From Minisyncoccota bacterium (GTDB taxonomy: Bacteria; Patescibacteriota; Minisyncoccia; Minisyncoccales; CG1-02-41-26): a stretch of 62,352 nucleotides of DNA. Below are positions 35,183 through 45,315 of the stretch, piece by piece (the first letter of the stretch is position 1; every line of letters begins with the position of its first letter). The DNA lies in the NCBI GenBank assembly GCA_028712605.1, contig JAQTPV010000001.1:1-62352 (forward strand). Reading direction: 5' to 3'. The notes under the pieces are model-generated. The model was not told where the DNA came from. It was given only the letters and a program-made list of their open reading frames with translations, and ran no database searches. A program made the translations under genes and the position numbers.

Positions 35183-35626
35183 ATGGACAACAAACCGCCG
35201 GCTACTGGAGAAAAGATAACCGCTTTCTTATTTTTTGTTATTTCTTCTTGCGTCATTTTGTTATTTCTATATTACTCTGTCAAACCTTTACTACCTCCCA
35301 AGCAACCAACTATCATCGTGGAGGTAGTTGAAGTAACAATAACCCCAGTGCCTAGAGATGTATTCAGGGATTCCATAACCCTGAAGAATGAAATCTCCAG
35401 GGTATTTGACGGCTTATATGATGGAGATTGTGGGTCATACATGGGTTACCTAATTGTTAATGGGTTTAAACAAAATCTATTAACAAAGCAGGAAACTTTT
35501 GAATATATTCAAAAGCTGGAGAATCAATCGTCAATTAGGGAAAGCTGGTGGATTACAAAAGAAGTAAAAGAACTCCAAAAATCCCTGGACAGTACGTCCA
35601 GGGATTTCTCTATTCTTAATAATTAA
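35183..35626 (+). CDS. Hypothetical membrane-anchored protein
   Basis: A good SD (AGGAGGAAG) upstream and one TM helix. No family recognised. Confidence 0.4.
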   Translation: MDNKPPATGEKITAFLFFVISSCVILLFLYYSVKPLLPPKQPTIIVEVVEVTITPVPRDVFRDSITLKNEISRVFDGLYDGDCGSYMGYLIVNGFKQNLLTKQETFEYIQKLENQSSIRESWWITKEVKELQKSLDSTSRDFSILNN

Positions 35627-36399
35627 TGAATGATTTTATGGAACTTCTCCACCTCGTCCAGTTGTTCTTTCGTATTAATTCCCATTCCTTCAATGGCGTG
35701 ATTAATTTCAATGGAATCAATCTTTTTGCCCTGGTCAGCAGCCAGCTTCATCATATCAGTTAAGTAGTACTCTTTGGCGTTATTATTATTGTCCAACCTG
35801 CTGATATTATCCCATAACCAATCGGCCTTAAAACAATAATACCCCAAATTAACTTCTCTAGTGGCTTTTTGTTCGTCTGTGGCGTCTTTAAATTCTACTG
35901 TGCCAACAATTTTTTGATCATCGTTCCTAATGATGCGGCCATAATTATAAAAAACGCTATACGGACCATCATAATTAGGCACCGTAAAAGTGGCCATACA
36001 TAAAGCCGTGTCCTCATCACTATTCTCAAAACACTCTATCAATTCTCTCAAGGTCTTTTCAGCCACAAAAGGATGGTCGCCATATAAAACCAAAATGCCG
36101 CCAAACCCCATAGCCCCAAGGTCATCCTTAGCCTGGGCCACGGCATGACCAGTGCCTAGTTGTTCCCGCTGCCAAACATAATGGCATTGATGGCCAGTAG
36201 CTTCAATAACCTTCTCGCCTTGATAGCCAATAATTAAAGTAGGCTTGGGACATACCTTAATAACCGTTTCTAAAAGATGCAAAATAATGGGCTTGTCCTC
36301 CAGTAAATGCAAAACCTTAGGATATTCTGAATTCATCCTGGAGCCCTTGCCACCAGCTAAAATAACCACCTGCACTTTGTTTTTGTTTTCTTGAACCAT
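35623..36399 (-). CDS. GlmU-like sugar-1-phosphate nucleotidyltransferase (uridylyltransferase domain only, no LbH acetyltransferase domain)
   Basis: LAGGKGSRM, PKVLH, EQLGTGHAV, LYGDHP, EYYLTD. Confidence 0.8.
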   Translation of the reverse strand: MVQENKNKVQVVILAGGKGSRMNSEYPKVLHLLEDKPIILHLLETVIKVCPKPTLIIGYQGEKVIEATGHQCHYVWQREQLGTGHAVAQAKDDLGAMGFGGILVLYGDHPFVAEKTLRELIECFENSDEDTALCMATFTVPNYDGPYSVFYNYGRIIRNDDQKIVGTVEFKDATDEQKATREVNLGYYCFKADWLWDNISRLDNNNNAKEYYLTDMMKLAADQGKKIDSIEINHAIEGMGINTKEQLDEVEKFHKIIH

Positions 36400-36422
36400 T
36401 GTTTTTTATTATACAGATTCTG

Positions 36423-36464
36423 AAAAAAAAGAAAACGCCCCAGGCCACTTAGGGCCCAAGGGCG
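36423..36464 (-). terminator. Intrinsic terminator
   Basis: Minus strand: GC-rich hairpin CGCCCTTGGGCCC..GGCCTGGGGCG followed by TTTTCTTTTTTTT. Confidence 0.55.
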
Positions 36465-36483
36465 AAGTAAGGAATGATTAAAA

Positions 36484-37296
36484 TTATTCACTTGGAGCAG
36501 TGGTAGTGGGAGACGTTGAGGTAGCTGGGTTTTCAGGGAAAGCAGCCTTTAATTCCTTTCTGGCTTTTTCCATAGCAGCCTGAAAATCCTGAAGTGCTTT
36601 CTCAATGGCCTTCCTTTTAGCCTCCACTAAGGAGTTAACCGTATCAGCCTTCTTTTCTATTTTATCCCTTAATGCCTTATAACTATCCCGAGCTGACTTT
36701 AATTGCTGCCTAACGTTACTAAGAATGGTCTTTTGATTGGCATTAGCCTCGCAATTAGTCTTGGCTTCGTCATAAGCAGCCACCACCTGTTGCTGAAAAG
36801 CCTTAATGGCATCGTTAACAGACTTTTTGCGGCTTTGTAAGGCCTCGTCCATTCCTTTCCTGAAATCAGCCACTGCGGTGTCCACTTTCGCTTGCCTATC
36901 AGCAATGGCCTTGCTAACAGCCGCTCTAAACTGCACTACGGCCTGCTTTTGGGCATCGGTTTGAGCCCTTTCTTCTAATTTTGTAAATTGATCTAACCTA
37001 TTCTCTGCCCATTGGGACCGATGTTCAGCTCTTCGTTGGTCAATTGTTTGGCGATGGTCAGCAAGAGCTTGTAAAGTTTGCGTTCTTTTTTGATCTAGTT
37101 GCTGCTCTCTTTCAACTGTATTTTGAGTAAAACGATCGGCCGCTTGAACTAATTTTTCGCAAAAAACCTGACCAAGAGCTGAAGTGGTTGCTTCGCTATC
37201 TTGCGGGATTACTCTGGCTGCAACCGGTAACAACGGCAAAACCAAAGCCACTAACGTTATTAAACTAAAAATTGATAATATTTTTTTATAATCCAT
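36484..37296 (-). CDS. Secreted coiled-coil protein (hypothetical)
   Basis: Signal peptide after the Met at 37296. Q/A/K/R-rich heptad-like sequence. Thr/Ser/Pro tail. Confidence 0.5.
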   Translation of the reverse strand: MDYKKILSIFSLITLVALVLPLLPVAARVIPQDSEATTSALGQVFCEKLVQAADRFTQNTVEREQQLDQKRTQTLQALADHRQTIDQRRAEHRSQWAENRLDQFTKLEERAQTDAQKQAVVQFRAAVSKAIADRQAKVDTAVADFRKGMDEALQSRKKSVNDAIKAFQQQVVAAYDEAKTNCEANANQKTILSNVRQQLKSARDSYKALRDKIEKKADTVNSLVEAKRKAIEKALQDFQAAMEKARKELKAAFPENPATSTSPTTTAPSE

Positions 37297-37627
37297 CTTC
37301 GGCAGTGCTTTGACCAATATCGCCAATGACCTCACTATCAGAAGTAACGAAACTGGTATCAATATTCTCTTCAGCTAAAATGTTATTTTCAGAGTTCACT
37401 TCTTGCAAAAAAGCGGAAACAACATCGTCAATGTTGCCGGTGGGTTCAGGCAGATTTAAAGCATTCTGGGAAGAAGCTGATTCTTGAGATGGCTCGGCTG
37501 GTTGCGGAGCTGGCTGATAAACAGCTTCCTGCACACTCTTCTTGTTTATGGAATCATAAACTACTGCCCCCACCAAACCACAACCCAATAACACAATCAC
37601 AGCAATCGTTATAATTTTAGAAGTCAT
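37286..37627 (-). CDS. Hypothetical membrane-anchored acidic protein
   Basis: 113 aa with one N-terminal TM helix. Confidence 0.4.
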   Translation of the reverse strand: MTSKIITIAVIVLLGCGLVGAVVYDSINKKSVQEAVYQPAPQPAEPSQESASSQNALNLPEPTGNIDDVVSAFLQEVNSENNILAEENIDTSFVTSDSEVIGDIGQSTAEDGL

Positions 37628-37682
37628 GGAAATTAGTCTTTAATTTAAGCGACCTTTATATTATTAGTTATATCTTAATTCT

Positions 37683-38216
37683 TTAATTAATCTTGAGCAA
37701 CTCAACCTCAAAAATCAAGGTGGCATTTGGCGGGATAACACCACCAGCCCCCTTTGGACCATAGCCTAAGGCCGGAGGAATAGTTAATTTTCTTTTCTCC
37801 CCTACCTTCATCCCTAAAATCCCTTGCTCCCAGCCAGCAATCACCTGACCCTGTCCTAAAACAAACTCAAAGGGTTGGCCTCTGTCTAAACTTGAATCAA
37901 ACTTAGTGCCATCAGTTAGGGTGCCGGTATATTGAACACTAACTTTATCACCAACCTTAACTGCTGTACCCGTGCCTTCTTTTAGGGTTTCTATTTTTAG
38001 CCCGGAGTTCTTGGTATTATTATTGCTTTCGTTATTACTATTTTCTGACATATTATTGGTTTGATTATTATTAATGGAATCACCTATTGGTAGCTGGCTA
38101 TCAAGGCTTAAGTCTTTTCTTGCTCCCTCGGTTTTGTCCCACCAGACTTTCTGGACCACACCAGCTGCAACAATCACTAAAATAGCGCTAAGTAAAAAAA
38201 TGTGTCTTTTTCCCAT
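37683..38216 (-). CDS. FKBP-type peptidyl-prolyl cis-trans isomerase, membrane-anchored or secreted
   Basis: [60 protein letters not shown]. Confidence 0.9.
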   Translation of the reverse strand: MGKRHIFLLSAILVIVAAGVVQKVWWDKTEGARKDLSLDSQLPIGDSINNNQTNNMSENSNNESNNNTKNSGLKIETLKEGTGTAVKVGDKVSVQYTGTLTDGTKFDSSLDRGQPFEFVLGQGQVIAGWEQGILGMKVGEKRKLTIPPALGYGPKGAGGVIPPNATLIFEVELLKIN

Positions 38217-38225
38217 AAACGTAAG

Positions 38226-38831
38226 CTAGGCGGCAAAAACAGCTGCAGCTACCACTGTAGTCCACAGACCATCTTTTTGGCCTTGAGCTGACTGACAAAC
38301 ATTATTGGTTTTAAAAATTTTACCACTGGCCTGGTAAATCTGTTTTCTTTCGTCCCAAGCTGTATTGGGGTCAAACTCAATCCCCAAGGTGGTGGCCAAC
38401 ATAGTGGCCGCTAAGTCTTCAGCATAATCGCCGGCCTTTCTGGCTGTTTCGCCATAGGAATGATGTTCAGATAAATACCCATAGCCTGACTGATCCTTGG
38501 GTAAAGCTAAACCGATAGCTGCTGACAATAAACGATTCGGCTCGTTAGTATCCATTCTGGCTGAAACCACAAAAGTAATCTGCCCGGGCTGTAACAATTT
38601 CTTACCAACACTTGGCGGTACCATTTTGCAATTAGGCGGGAAGATACTAGAAACGCCAACCAAGTTGCACTTTTCAATGCCCGCCTTTCTAAGGGCCATT
38701 TCAAAAGAAGCTAAGCGGTCCTTATGAACACCCGCCCCCTTAGTAAAGAACATTTTAGAAGGTACAAAACTACCCATATGTAGTTGTGGAAGAACCAAAT
38801 TATCAGCCCAAAAATTTTTTTGGTTAGACAT
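38226..38831 (-). CDS. pdaD: Pyruvoyl-dependent arginine decarboxylase
   Basis: [39 protein letters not shown] contains the self-processing VSS site context of the PvlArgDC family. Confidence 0.8.
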   Translation of the reverse strand: MSNQKNFWADNLVLPQLHMGSFVPSKMFFTKGAGVHKDRLASFEMALRKAGIEKCNLVGVSSIFPPNCKMVPPSVGKKLLQPGQITFVVSARMDTNEPNRLLSAAIGLALPKDQSGYGYLSEHHSYGETARKAGDYAEDLAATMLATTLGIEFDPNTAWDERKQIYQASGKIFKTNNVCQSAQGQKDGLWTTVVAAAVFAA

Positions 38832-38866
38832 TTAAGGTTCTTGTACTGCGATGTAATCTATTGTAA

Positions 38867-39664
38867 CTATTTTACGAAGCAACACAATAGATACCTCCAT
38901 TTACCAAATTGATCGCGAAAAAAATGGTAACCCTTACAGCCACGCCGCTCCAAAAATCGCTTAATGGCTCTTTTTTGTAACGAATCAAATTCTAAATATA
39001 TAACGCCGTCATCAGCTAAAAATTGCTTAGCCTGCTGCAAAAATTTTTTAATATAAAAAAGCCCTTTATCTTTGGCAAACAAGGCTTTTTGAGGCTCAAA
39101 GTTTAAGGCTGACTTTTGCACTTTGCTCTTTTCCCCTTGAGCAATATAGGGTGGGTTAGCAAAGATACAGTCATACTGGCCTTTCACTTTTTCAAAAACA
39201 TCGGATTTAATAACTTTATATCTCTTTTTGTCTATTTTGTTCAGTTTTAGGTTAAGCCTAATCTGTTTTAAGGCATTATCGTCAATATCCACAAAATCGC
39301 AGTGGCTTTTTTTAAGATGCTTTAACGCTGCGATACCGACACAACCAGACCCAGCAAAGATATCCAAGCACTTAAAAACGAGTGGGGATTTCAGTTTGTG
39401 GGCATCTGCTATCTTCCCGATCACGGAGCCTACCCAAAACTCTGTTTCAGCCCTGGGGATAAGAGGCCTATATCGCAAGTCAATTTTGCAACCCAAGAAC
39501 TTTTTATAGCCTATCACATAATCCACCGGCTCTCCCCCCTGAAGCCTTGCGATATCTTTTTTAGCCTCCTTGGTAATTGTGCCATTGTATCTCTCATTCA
39601 ACAACCAAGTTATTTCTTGGCTAATAACAGAGATTTTCTCTGGCCCATGGTTCAAAATTCTCAT
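38867..39664 (-). CDS. prmC: HemK/PrmC-family protein-(glutamine-N5) methyltransferase
   Basis: DIFAGSGCVG (motif I), FANPPY (NPPY). Start moved to the Met at 39664. It still overlaps the upstream gene's end. Confidence 0.75.
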   Translation of the reverse strand: MRILNHGPEKISVISQEITWLLNERYNGTITKEAKKDIARLQGGEPVDYVIGYKKFLGCKIDLRYRPLIPRAETEFWVGSVIGKIADAHKLKSPLVFKCLDIFAGSGCVGIAALKHLKKSHCDFVDIDDNALKQIRLNLKLNKIDKKRYKVIKSDVFEKVKGQYDCIFANPPYIAQGEKSKVQKSALNFEPQKALFAKDKGLFYIKKFLQQAKQFLADDGVIYLEFDSLQKRAIKRFLERRGCKGYHFFRDQFGKWRYLLCCFVK

Positions 39665-40241
39665 AAACAGTATAAGCAAAGGTGGCGCCGCCCTTATCTT
39701 CAAAAACCTGCCTAACCTTGGCTGAATCATCAATGAGCAGTGCTTTTTTGAAAGAATCCTGTTTTAATTTTTGTAAGGCAATATCAAAAAGACGCCCCCC
39801 TTCTTCATGCTTTAAAAAACCATGGTCGCAGGAATTAATAATAACCGGAAAGATTTTATCTAAATTATGATGCGGGATAGTTACCTCATTAAAAATATCC
39901 ATATTATTGGTCACTAAGGCAACGCTGGTTCCCCTTTTCTGAAGATCGCCAGCTAGATCTAAAAGCCTTACCTCTAATTTCATCTGTTTAATGCTTTGGA
40001 CCAAATAATCGCACAGCCTCTGATAATCCAGGCCCGTATTCTCGTTAATAAGCCAATTAATGCGCTCTGAAGTTAATTGCCCCCTCATCCACTTATCAGC
40101 CACACCAGGACCGTGGCCAAAAATACACTCTTCTATAAAATTATAGACTAAGGGGTAATCCCTTTTTAGACTGGCATAGAAAAAATCGTAATTCAAAACC
40201 CCGTCAAAATCAAAAAACACGGTTTGATATTTAAGAGCCAT
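39621..40241 (-). CDS. HAD-superfamily hydrolase
   Basis: FFDFDGVL (DxDG motif I), VTNN, and DDS near the C-terminus. Confidence 0.75.
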   Translation of the reverse strand: MALKYQTVFFDFDGVLNYDFFYASLKRDYPLVYNFIEECIFGHGPGVADKWMRGQLTSERINWLINENTGLDYQRLCDYLVQSIKQMKLEVRLLDLAGDLQKRGTSVALVTNNMDIFNEVTIPHHNLDKIFPVIINSCDHGFLKHEEGGRLFDIALQKLKQDSFKKALLIDDSAKVRQVFEDKGGATFAYTVYENFEPWARENLCY

Positions 40242-40383
40242 ATATAATATCGTAATACTTTTTTAAAAAATAATCAAAAAAGAGCTGCGAGCCCTTATAG
40301 AAAAACCAATTAGTTAAAATTGTATAACTCATTTTAAGCTAATCTTATCAACAATTTATAACATTCGCTTCTTGTGCGATTAT

Positions 40384-41448
40384 TTACTTGCCGGCTTTGA
40401 TTTCAATAACATCACCATCCTGAACAGTATATTCTTTTCCCTCGGTGCGGATTAAGCCTCGGGAACGAGCGTTGCTGAAACCGCCAGCCTTAAGTAACTC
40501 TTGCCAATTAATAATCTCAGCTTTAATAAAAAACTCTTCAAAATCGCTATGAATAACGCCCCCAGCTTGAGGCGCCTTCTGCCCTCTCTCTAACGTCCAG
40601 GCCCGGGTTTCGTCTGGCCCGGTAGTAAAAAAAGTAATTAAATCTAAAATGGCATAAGCCTTTTTAATTAAATTATCTAAGCCCGATTTTTCTGGCAATC
40701 CAAAATCAATTCTTTCTTTAGGCCCTAAATCAGCCGCTTCCAACTCTGTTAAAATATCAAGTGTCAAATAGGGCCAATTATTTTTAACAAAAGCCTCCTT
40801 CACCTCATCAGAAACATCAGCCTCAACACCATTTAAAAGATAAAGCCGTTTTTTCATAGTCAAAAGGCATAAATTTTTCAAAAGCGCTTTTTCTTCTTCG
40901 GCGAGACCAGTCTCACTTAGAACCCTGCCCCCAGACAAAATCATTTGAACTTTTTTGACTAATTCCAATTCTTTAACTGCTTCCTTCTTGCCAGCTTTAG
41001 CCTCCCTCTCTAAACTCTCAACCCTTTTGGCAATTGTTTCTAAGTCTTTAAGGATTAACTCGGTGTCTAAAACTTCTTTATCGCGCAAGATATCAATACC
41101 CTGTTGGATATTCACAATTTTATCATTGTTAAAGGCTCGCAAAACATAAACGATAGCATCAGTTTCTCTGATATTGGCCAAAAATTTGTTACCCAAACCC
41201 TCGCCACAAGAAGCTCCCTTCACTAAGCCGGCAATATCCACAAACTCAATGGCCGTATAAATCTTTTTAGCCGACTTGGTTAGTTCAGCTAATTTATCCG
41301 CCCTTTCATCGGACACTGCCACTACACCCACATTGGGGTCAATAGTACAGAAAGGATAATTTTCTTTGGCAACCTGCTTTTTGGTAATTGTTTCAAATAA
41401 GGTTGACTTGCCCACATTAGGCAAGCCAACAATGCCGATTGATAGCAT
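40384..41448 (-). CDS. ychF: Ribosome-binding ATPase YchF
   Basis: [25 protein letters not shown]-terminal TGS-like region. Confidence 0.95.
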   Translation of the reverse strand: MLSIGIVGLPNVGKSTLFETITKKQVAKENYPFCTIDPNVGVVAVSDERADKLAELTKSAKKIYTAIEFVDIAGLVKGASCGEGLGNKFLANIRETDAIVYVLRAFNNDKIVNIQQGIDILRDKEVLDTELILKDLETIAKRVESLEREAKAGKKEAVKELELVKKVQMILSGGRVLSETGLAEEEKALLKNLCLLTMKKRLYLLNGVEADVSDEVKEAFVKNNWPYLTLDILTELEAADLGPKERIDFGLPEKSGLDNLIKKAYAILDLITFFTTGPDETRAWTLERGQKAPQAGGVIHSDFEEFFIKAEIINWQELLKAGGFSNARSRGLIRTEGKEYTVQDGDVIEIKAGK

Positions 41449-41453
41449 AAATT

Positions 41454-42068
41454 TTACGACTCATAATTTTTAGCAACTAGGTAAAACTCTTTACTGCCCT
41501 TCCGAACAGCCTTAGGCCTAAATCGTTTAAATATTTTAAAGTATTTACCTACTTCCTTTATAAACTCAACCACGCCCTCTCCTTCAAAAATCTTGCAAAC
41601 AAAGTGGCCACCCTCTTCCAAAATATTTTTAGCGATTTCCAAGGCCCTTTTTGATAATTCCAAAGAATCAGCTGCATCTTTAAAATGAACTCCGGTAGTG
41701 TGCGGGGCTAAATCCGAAACCACTAAATTATATTTCTCATGTAGCTCTGGCAAGGCAAACAAATCTCCACCTAAAACGTCTTTCTTAATGAAAACAGCAT
41801 TGCAAGGCAAATCAATTTTTAAGCCCTGCCTAACGGCAGGCAGGTCCACCATATCAATGCCAACCACCTTACCGCTTTTACCAACCCTATCAGACAAAAA
41901 AATCAACCACGAACCAGGCGCCGCCCCCAAATCCAAAACTTTATCGCCCTTTTTCACCAAACCAAACTCTTTATCAATTTCTTGAAGTTTGTAAACCGAA
42001 CGGGCCGGATAATGGTCGGCCCTGGCTTGCCTGGTATAAAAATCGTGCTGACTTAATATCGGCTTCAT
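41454..42068 (-). CDS. rlmE: 23S rRNA (uridine-2'-O)-methyltransferase RlmE/FtsJ
   Basis: RSVYKLQEID...VLDLGAAPGSW, DLAP, and K..FEG. Confidence 0.9.
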   Translation of the reverse strand: MKPILSQHDFYTRQARADHYPARSVYKLQEIDKEFGLVKKGDKVLDLGAAPGSWLIFLSDRVGKSGKVVGIDMVDLPAVRQGLKIDLPCNAVFIKKDVLGGDLFALPELHEKYNLVVSDLAPHTTGVHFKDAADSLELSKRALEIAKNILEEGGHFVCKIFEGEGVVEFIKEVGKYFKIFKRFRPKAVRKGSKEFYLVAKNYES

Positions 42069-42126
42069 AATATATCATATCTAAAATAGCAGATTATGAA
42101 ATAAAACAAAAGGACAAACCCCAAAA

Positions 42127-42603
42127 TCAGGGTCTGCCCATTGTTATAATGTGTATAACTATCGGCTCATCTCCCAAGGCTTTAATCTGCCCTGCATCAT
42201 CAAGCCAAATATCAATCTGGCCTTCTCCAACAGCTTCGCCGGTGTCTACAACGACAAAAAGAATATCCTTCAATTCCCTTATCCCCTCAATCCTGAAGGT
42301 TGTACCCATCGGTAAAACCCGTTTTTGAGGATCCTGGCTTACCGCTACAGAGCCTAATTGAACCGGAGTTCCTGAAGCCGTTAATTTACCTTCCAGGAAA
42401 TCGGGCGGTCCATAATGGGTCGGTAACACCGTCAAATGACGTAGCTGGCGATCTATTCTCTTGGGCAACTCAACTAGCACTGGTTTTGTTCTTACTTCTA
42501 GAGTACTGGGTAAATCATCAAATGATGAAAAACTACCCAAAGTGGGAGCAAAAACGAAACCGGTGAGAAATGCAACTAAAACTAAAAAAACGTATGTCTT
42601 CAT
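42127..42603 (-). CDS. Secreted 3D-domain (MltA/RlpA-like Asp-rich) protein
   Basis: Signal peptide. C-terminal VVVDTGEAVGEGQIDIWLDD resembles the 3D domain D.G..I.G..IDI pattern. Confidence 0.55.
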   Translation of the reverse strand: MKTYVFLVLVAFLTGFVFAPTLGSFSSFDDLPSTLEVRTKPVLVELPKRIDRQLRHLTVLPTHYGPPDFLEGKLTASGTPVQLGSVAVSQDPQKRVLPMGTTFRIEGIRELKDILFVVVDTGEAVGEGQIDIWLDDAGQIKALGDEPIVIHIITMGRP

Positions 42604-42747
42604 AACTGCAATCCTCTCCATATCCTAACCCTATTTTGTTAAACGAAAAAGCGCTCAATAAATGAAGCGCCTCACAGCACTGATGTAATTATAACAAACT
42701 TTTAAAAAATGTAAAGGGACGGTTGGCCGCCCCTTGTGTACCTTGCT

Positions 42748-43718
42748 TTATAAAAGACCGAGGTCAGCCGCCAGGAGGTATGCGGCACCCACTAAAGCGT
42801 CTAAATTATTCGGGCCGGGCGTTTCAATAAACTTTAAATTTGACCTGTCCGCCCATTTTGGATTAACTAACATCTGACGCACTTTCTTTCTAATCAATTC
42901 TCCTATGCCCCGATCGAACATATCCGTCCCTGCCGTACCCTTATAAACAAAATATTTAAAGGTGTAAGCGCAACGGATATTATTGAGCAAACGCGCCAAA
43001 GCGTCTGCCACTGTATTATAAATTTCAACCGCCCATTCTTCACCAGCGGAGTAACATTCGCCAAGATAAGCGCCCGGGACCTTTCCCTCTGGCAACTTTT
43101 TACCAGCTAATAAAATAATAAATAGGTGGCAACCATTCTATCTATGGCTGGTCCAGAAGCTATGCCCTCTACGTGCCCTATGGCTAAATCGCCACATCTA
43201 GGATCAAACGGTGAAGAGCTAACAACCATGTGCCCAACTTCCGAGTCTAAGATTACCAGCTTGCCATCAACCAAAAGGGCATATTTAGCTCCAATACCTG
43301 TTCCAATAGTTATTATCAAGAATGGAGCGTTAGTTGGAATTCCGGCTTCTGCCCGCATGGCATGAACACCCCCAGCACTGGTCTCCATGTCATTACGGAC
43401 ACTTGACTTATACCGATGCCCAATCTTAGCTAACGTGAGGGTGGCGACTTTATGCCCCTCCAAATAGTGAGCATTCGGAGCAACAATCATTTTATTATGC
43501 TTGTCATTTACCCCAGCAATTGAATAACCCACACCAAGTATCCCAGGAACCATATCAGCGGTAGTGAAGTCAATCAATTCACTCACACTATTGATAGGTT
43601 TGCTTGTAATCAAATTATCTGCTTTCCAAAAGCGGCCTACGCTATTTAAAACAACGTCGGCCCTTGTTATTTTCCCAGAGCCACCAACATCAGCCGTTCT
43701 AAAAATCGTCTCTGCCAT
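42748..43718 (-). pseudogene. ROK-family sugar kinase split by a frameshift in an A/T-rich tract
   Basis: The N-terminal ORF (43107..43718/43769) has ADVGGSG, IGTGIGA and GHM...C...GH.E..ASG. The C-terminal ORF (42748..43095, TTG start in the track) continues the ROK fold. The downstream frame is already open from about 43145, so one indel within TATTTATTATTTTATTAG (43107-43124) would restore a single ORF. Confidence 0.7.
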
Positions 43719-44006
43719 CGCAATTTCCTCCTCTTGCAAGGTTAAACTTTTTAGAAAATAAAAAATCATACAACATTTGTATGATCGTCTAATTTTTAAT
43801 CTAAACCCAAGGGCCTAAATGTCAATAGTCTTAACAATAAAAGAAGGTTAGCGTACGACCTCACTGGATCTGACATTAAAAAGCCGCCCAAACAACAGGC
43901 GATTTTTTCTAATGCCACAAGTTTGCTTTCGCACCCCTGCCTTTTAACGCTAACCCCCCAGCTCTTCGAAAAGACTAACTTCATTAAAACACCAAAGTAA
44001 TATTTG

Positions 44007-44756
44007 TCAACCGATTAACAGCAACATCAGCATCACGCCAACGCCAAGCAATAAAGCTAAAAATTGTTTGAGGGAATTTTTGAGATTAACGTCGTGATGA
44101 AGCTCGGGTATCAAGTCAGAGCCAGCGATATAAATAAACCCGCCAGCGGCAATAGGCATCATGATTAAAGAAAAATTGCTAACTTTCTGGCCGATTAGTA
44201 AAGCTGCCACAACCCCCACAACAGCGGTTAAGGCTGAAAGAAGGTTAAAGACCAAGGCTCTTTTAACCGAAAGGCCACTGTGCACCAAAACGCCAAAATC
44301 TCCAATTTCCTGCGGTATTTCATGCAAGATAACGGCCAAACTAGTGGTAATGCCTAAGGTGGGGCTCAACGAAAAACTGGCGCCGATTAAAACACCGTCA
44401 ATAAAATTATGAATACCATCCCCCACCAAATTCATTAGAGCCGCTGGGCGGCAATGCATATGTTCTGGGACATGGCAATGTCGCCAACGAATTACTTTTT
44501 CCACAATAAAGAAAACGAAAATACCAGATAGAATATAAAATGGAAGGAAAAAATTACCGGCCATCCTCTCAAAGGTTTCGGGCAGGATATGGATAAAAGC
44601 ATCGCCAAAAAGCCCGCCCACCGCAAAACTAACCAAGTAAAGCAAAATGTCCTGCAGCTTTTGACGGCTTAAAGACAGAAAAAAAACACCAATCAAGGAT
44701 ATTAAGCTAACAATGATAACGCTTATTAAAGAATAGAGCCAAATTGTAAATTCCAT
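44007..44756 (-). CDS. zupT: ZIP-family divalent metal (zinc) transporter
   Basis: HNFIDGVLIGASF and HEIPQEIGDFGVL signature helices. Confidence 0.85.
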   Translation of the reverse strand: MEFTIWLYSLISVIIVSLISLIGVFFLSLSRQKLQDILLYLVSFAVGGLFGDAFIHILPETFERMAGNFFLPFYILSGIFVFFIVEKVIRWRHCHVPEHMHCRPAALMNLVGDGIHNFIDGVLIGASFSLSPTLGITTSLAVILHEIPQEIGDFGVLVHSGLSVKRALVFNLLSALTAVVGVVAALLIGQKVSNFSLIMMPIAAGGFIYIAGSDLIPELHHDVNLKNSLKQFLALLLGVGVMLMLLLIG

Positions 44757-44806
44757 ATATTATTGAATTTAACATAAAAACTGATAAGATAAAACTACGA
44801 CTCTAT

Positions 44807-45262
44807 ATGAACAAGTATTTTACTAAAGAAGGTTTGGAAAAATTAAAAGAGGAATTGGAGTATTTAAAAACGACCAAACAAAAAGAAATTGCTGATGCTT
44901 TAAACTATGCCGCCAGTTTCGGCGACTTGTCAGAAAACGCTGCTTATCATCAAGCCAAAGAAGACAGGAAAAAGCTGATTGACCGTATCGTGGAGTTAGA
45001 ACAAATTTTAAAAGGCGCCCAAGTAATGCAAAAGGTTTCCGGTGGCGGTGAAATAACGTTGGGCTGTTCAGTAACACTTGATTATGAAAACGAGAAACAA
45101 ACTTTCCAAATCGTGGCCCCAGAGGAAGCCAGTATTATCAATAATAAAATCTCCTGTCAATCGCCATTAGGTAAATGCTTAGTCGGTAAAACCGCTGGAG
45201 AGGAGGTGGAAGTTAAAACAGAAAATTCCACTACTAAATATAAAATACTGGAAGTTAAGTGA
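44807..45262 (+). CDS. greA: Transcription elongation factor GreA
   Basis: LTKEGLEKLKEELEYLK......GDLSENAAYHQAKE, plus the C-terminal FKBP-like domain. Confidence 0.9.
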   Translation: MNKYFTKEGLEKLKEELEYLKTTKQKEIADALNYAASFGDLSENAAYHQAKEDRKKLIDRIVELEQILKGAQVMQKVSGGGEITLGCSVTLDYENEKQTFQIVAPEEASIINNKISCQSPLGKCLVGKTAGEEVEVKTENSTTKYKILEVK

Positions 45263-45269
45263 CGGGTTC

Positions 45270-45309
45270 AAACTAAAAGCAGCCTTTTTGATAAGGCTGT
45301 TTTTAGTTT
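45270..45309. terminator. Bidirectional intrinsic terminator
   Basis: AAACTAAAAGCAGCC-tttttgataa-GGCTGTTTTTAGTTT, between the convergent greA and protease genes. Confidence 0.65.
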
Positions 45310-45315
45310 GTGAAA

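Noticed and set aside
43796-43984. 62-aa minus-strand ORF between the ZIP transporter and ROK genes
   Set aside because: It has no SD and no motif, and the region also contains terminator- and promoter-like signals (TTGACA-16/17-TAGATT). It is most simply an intergenic spacer.
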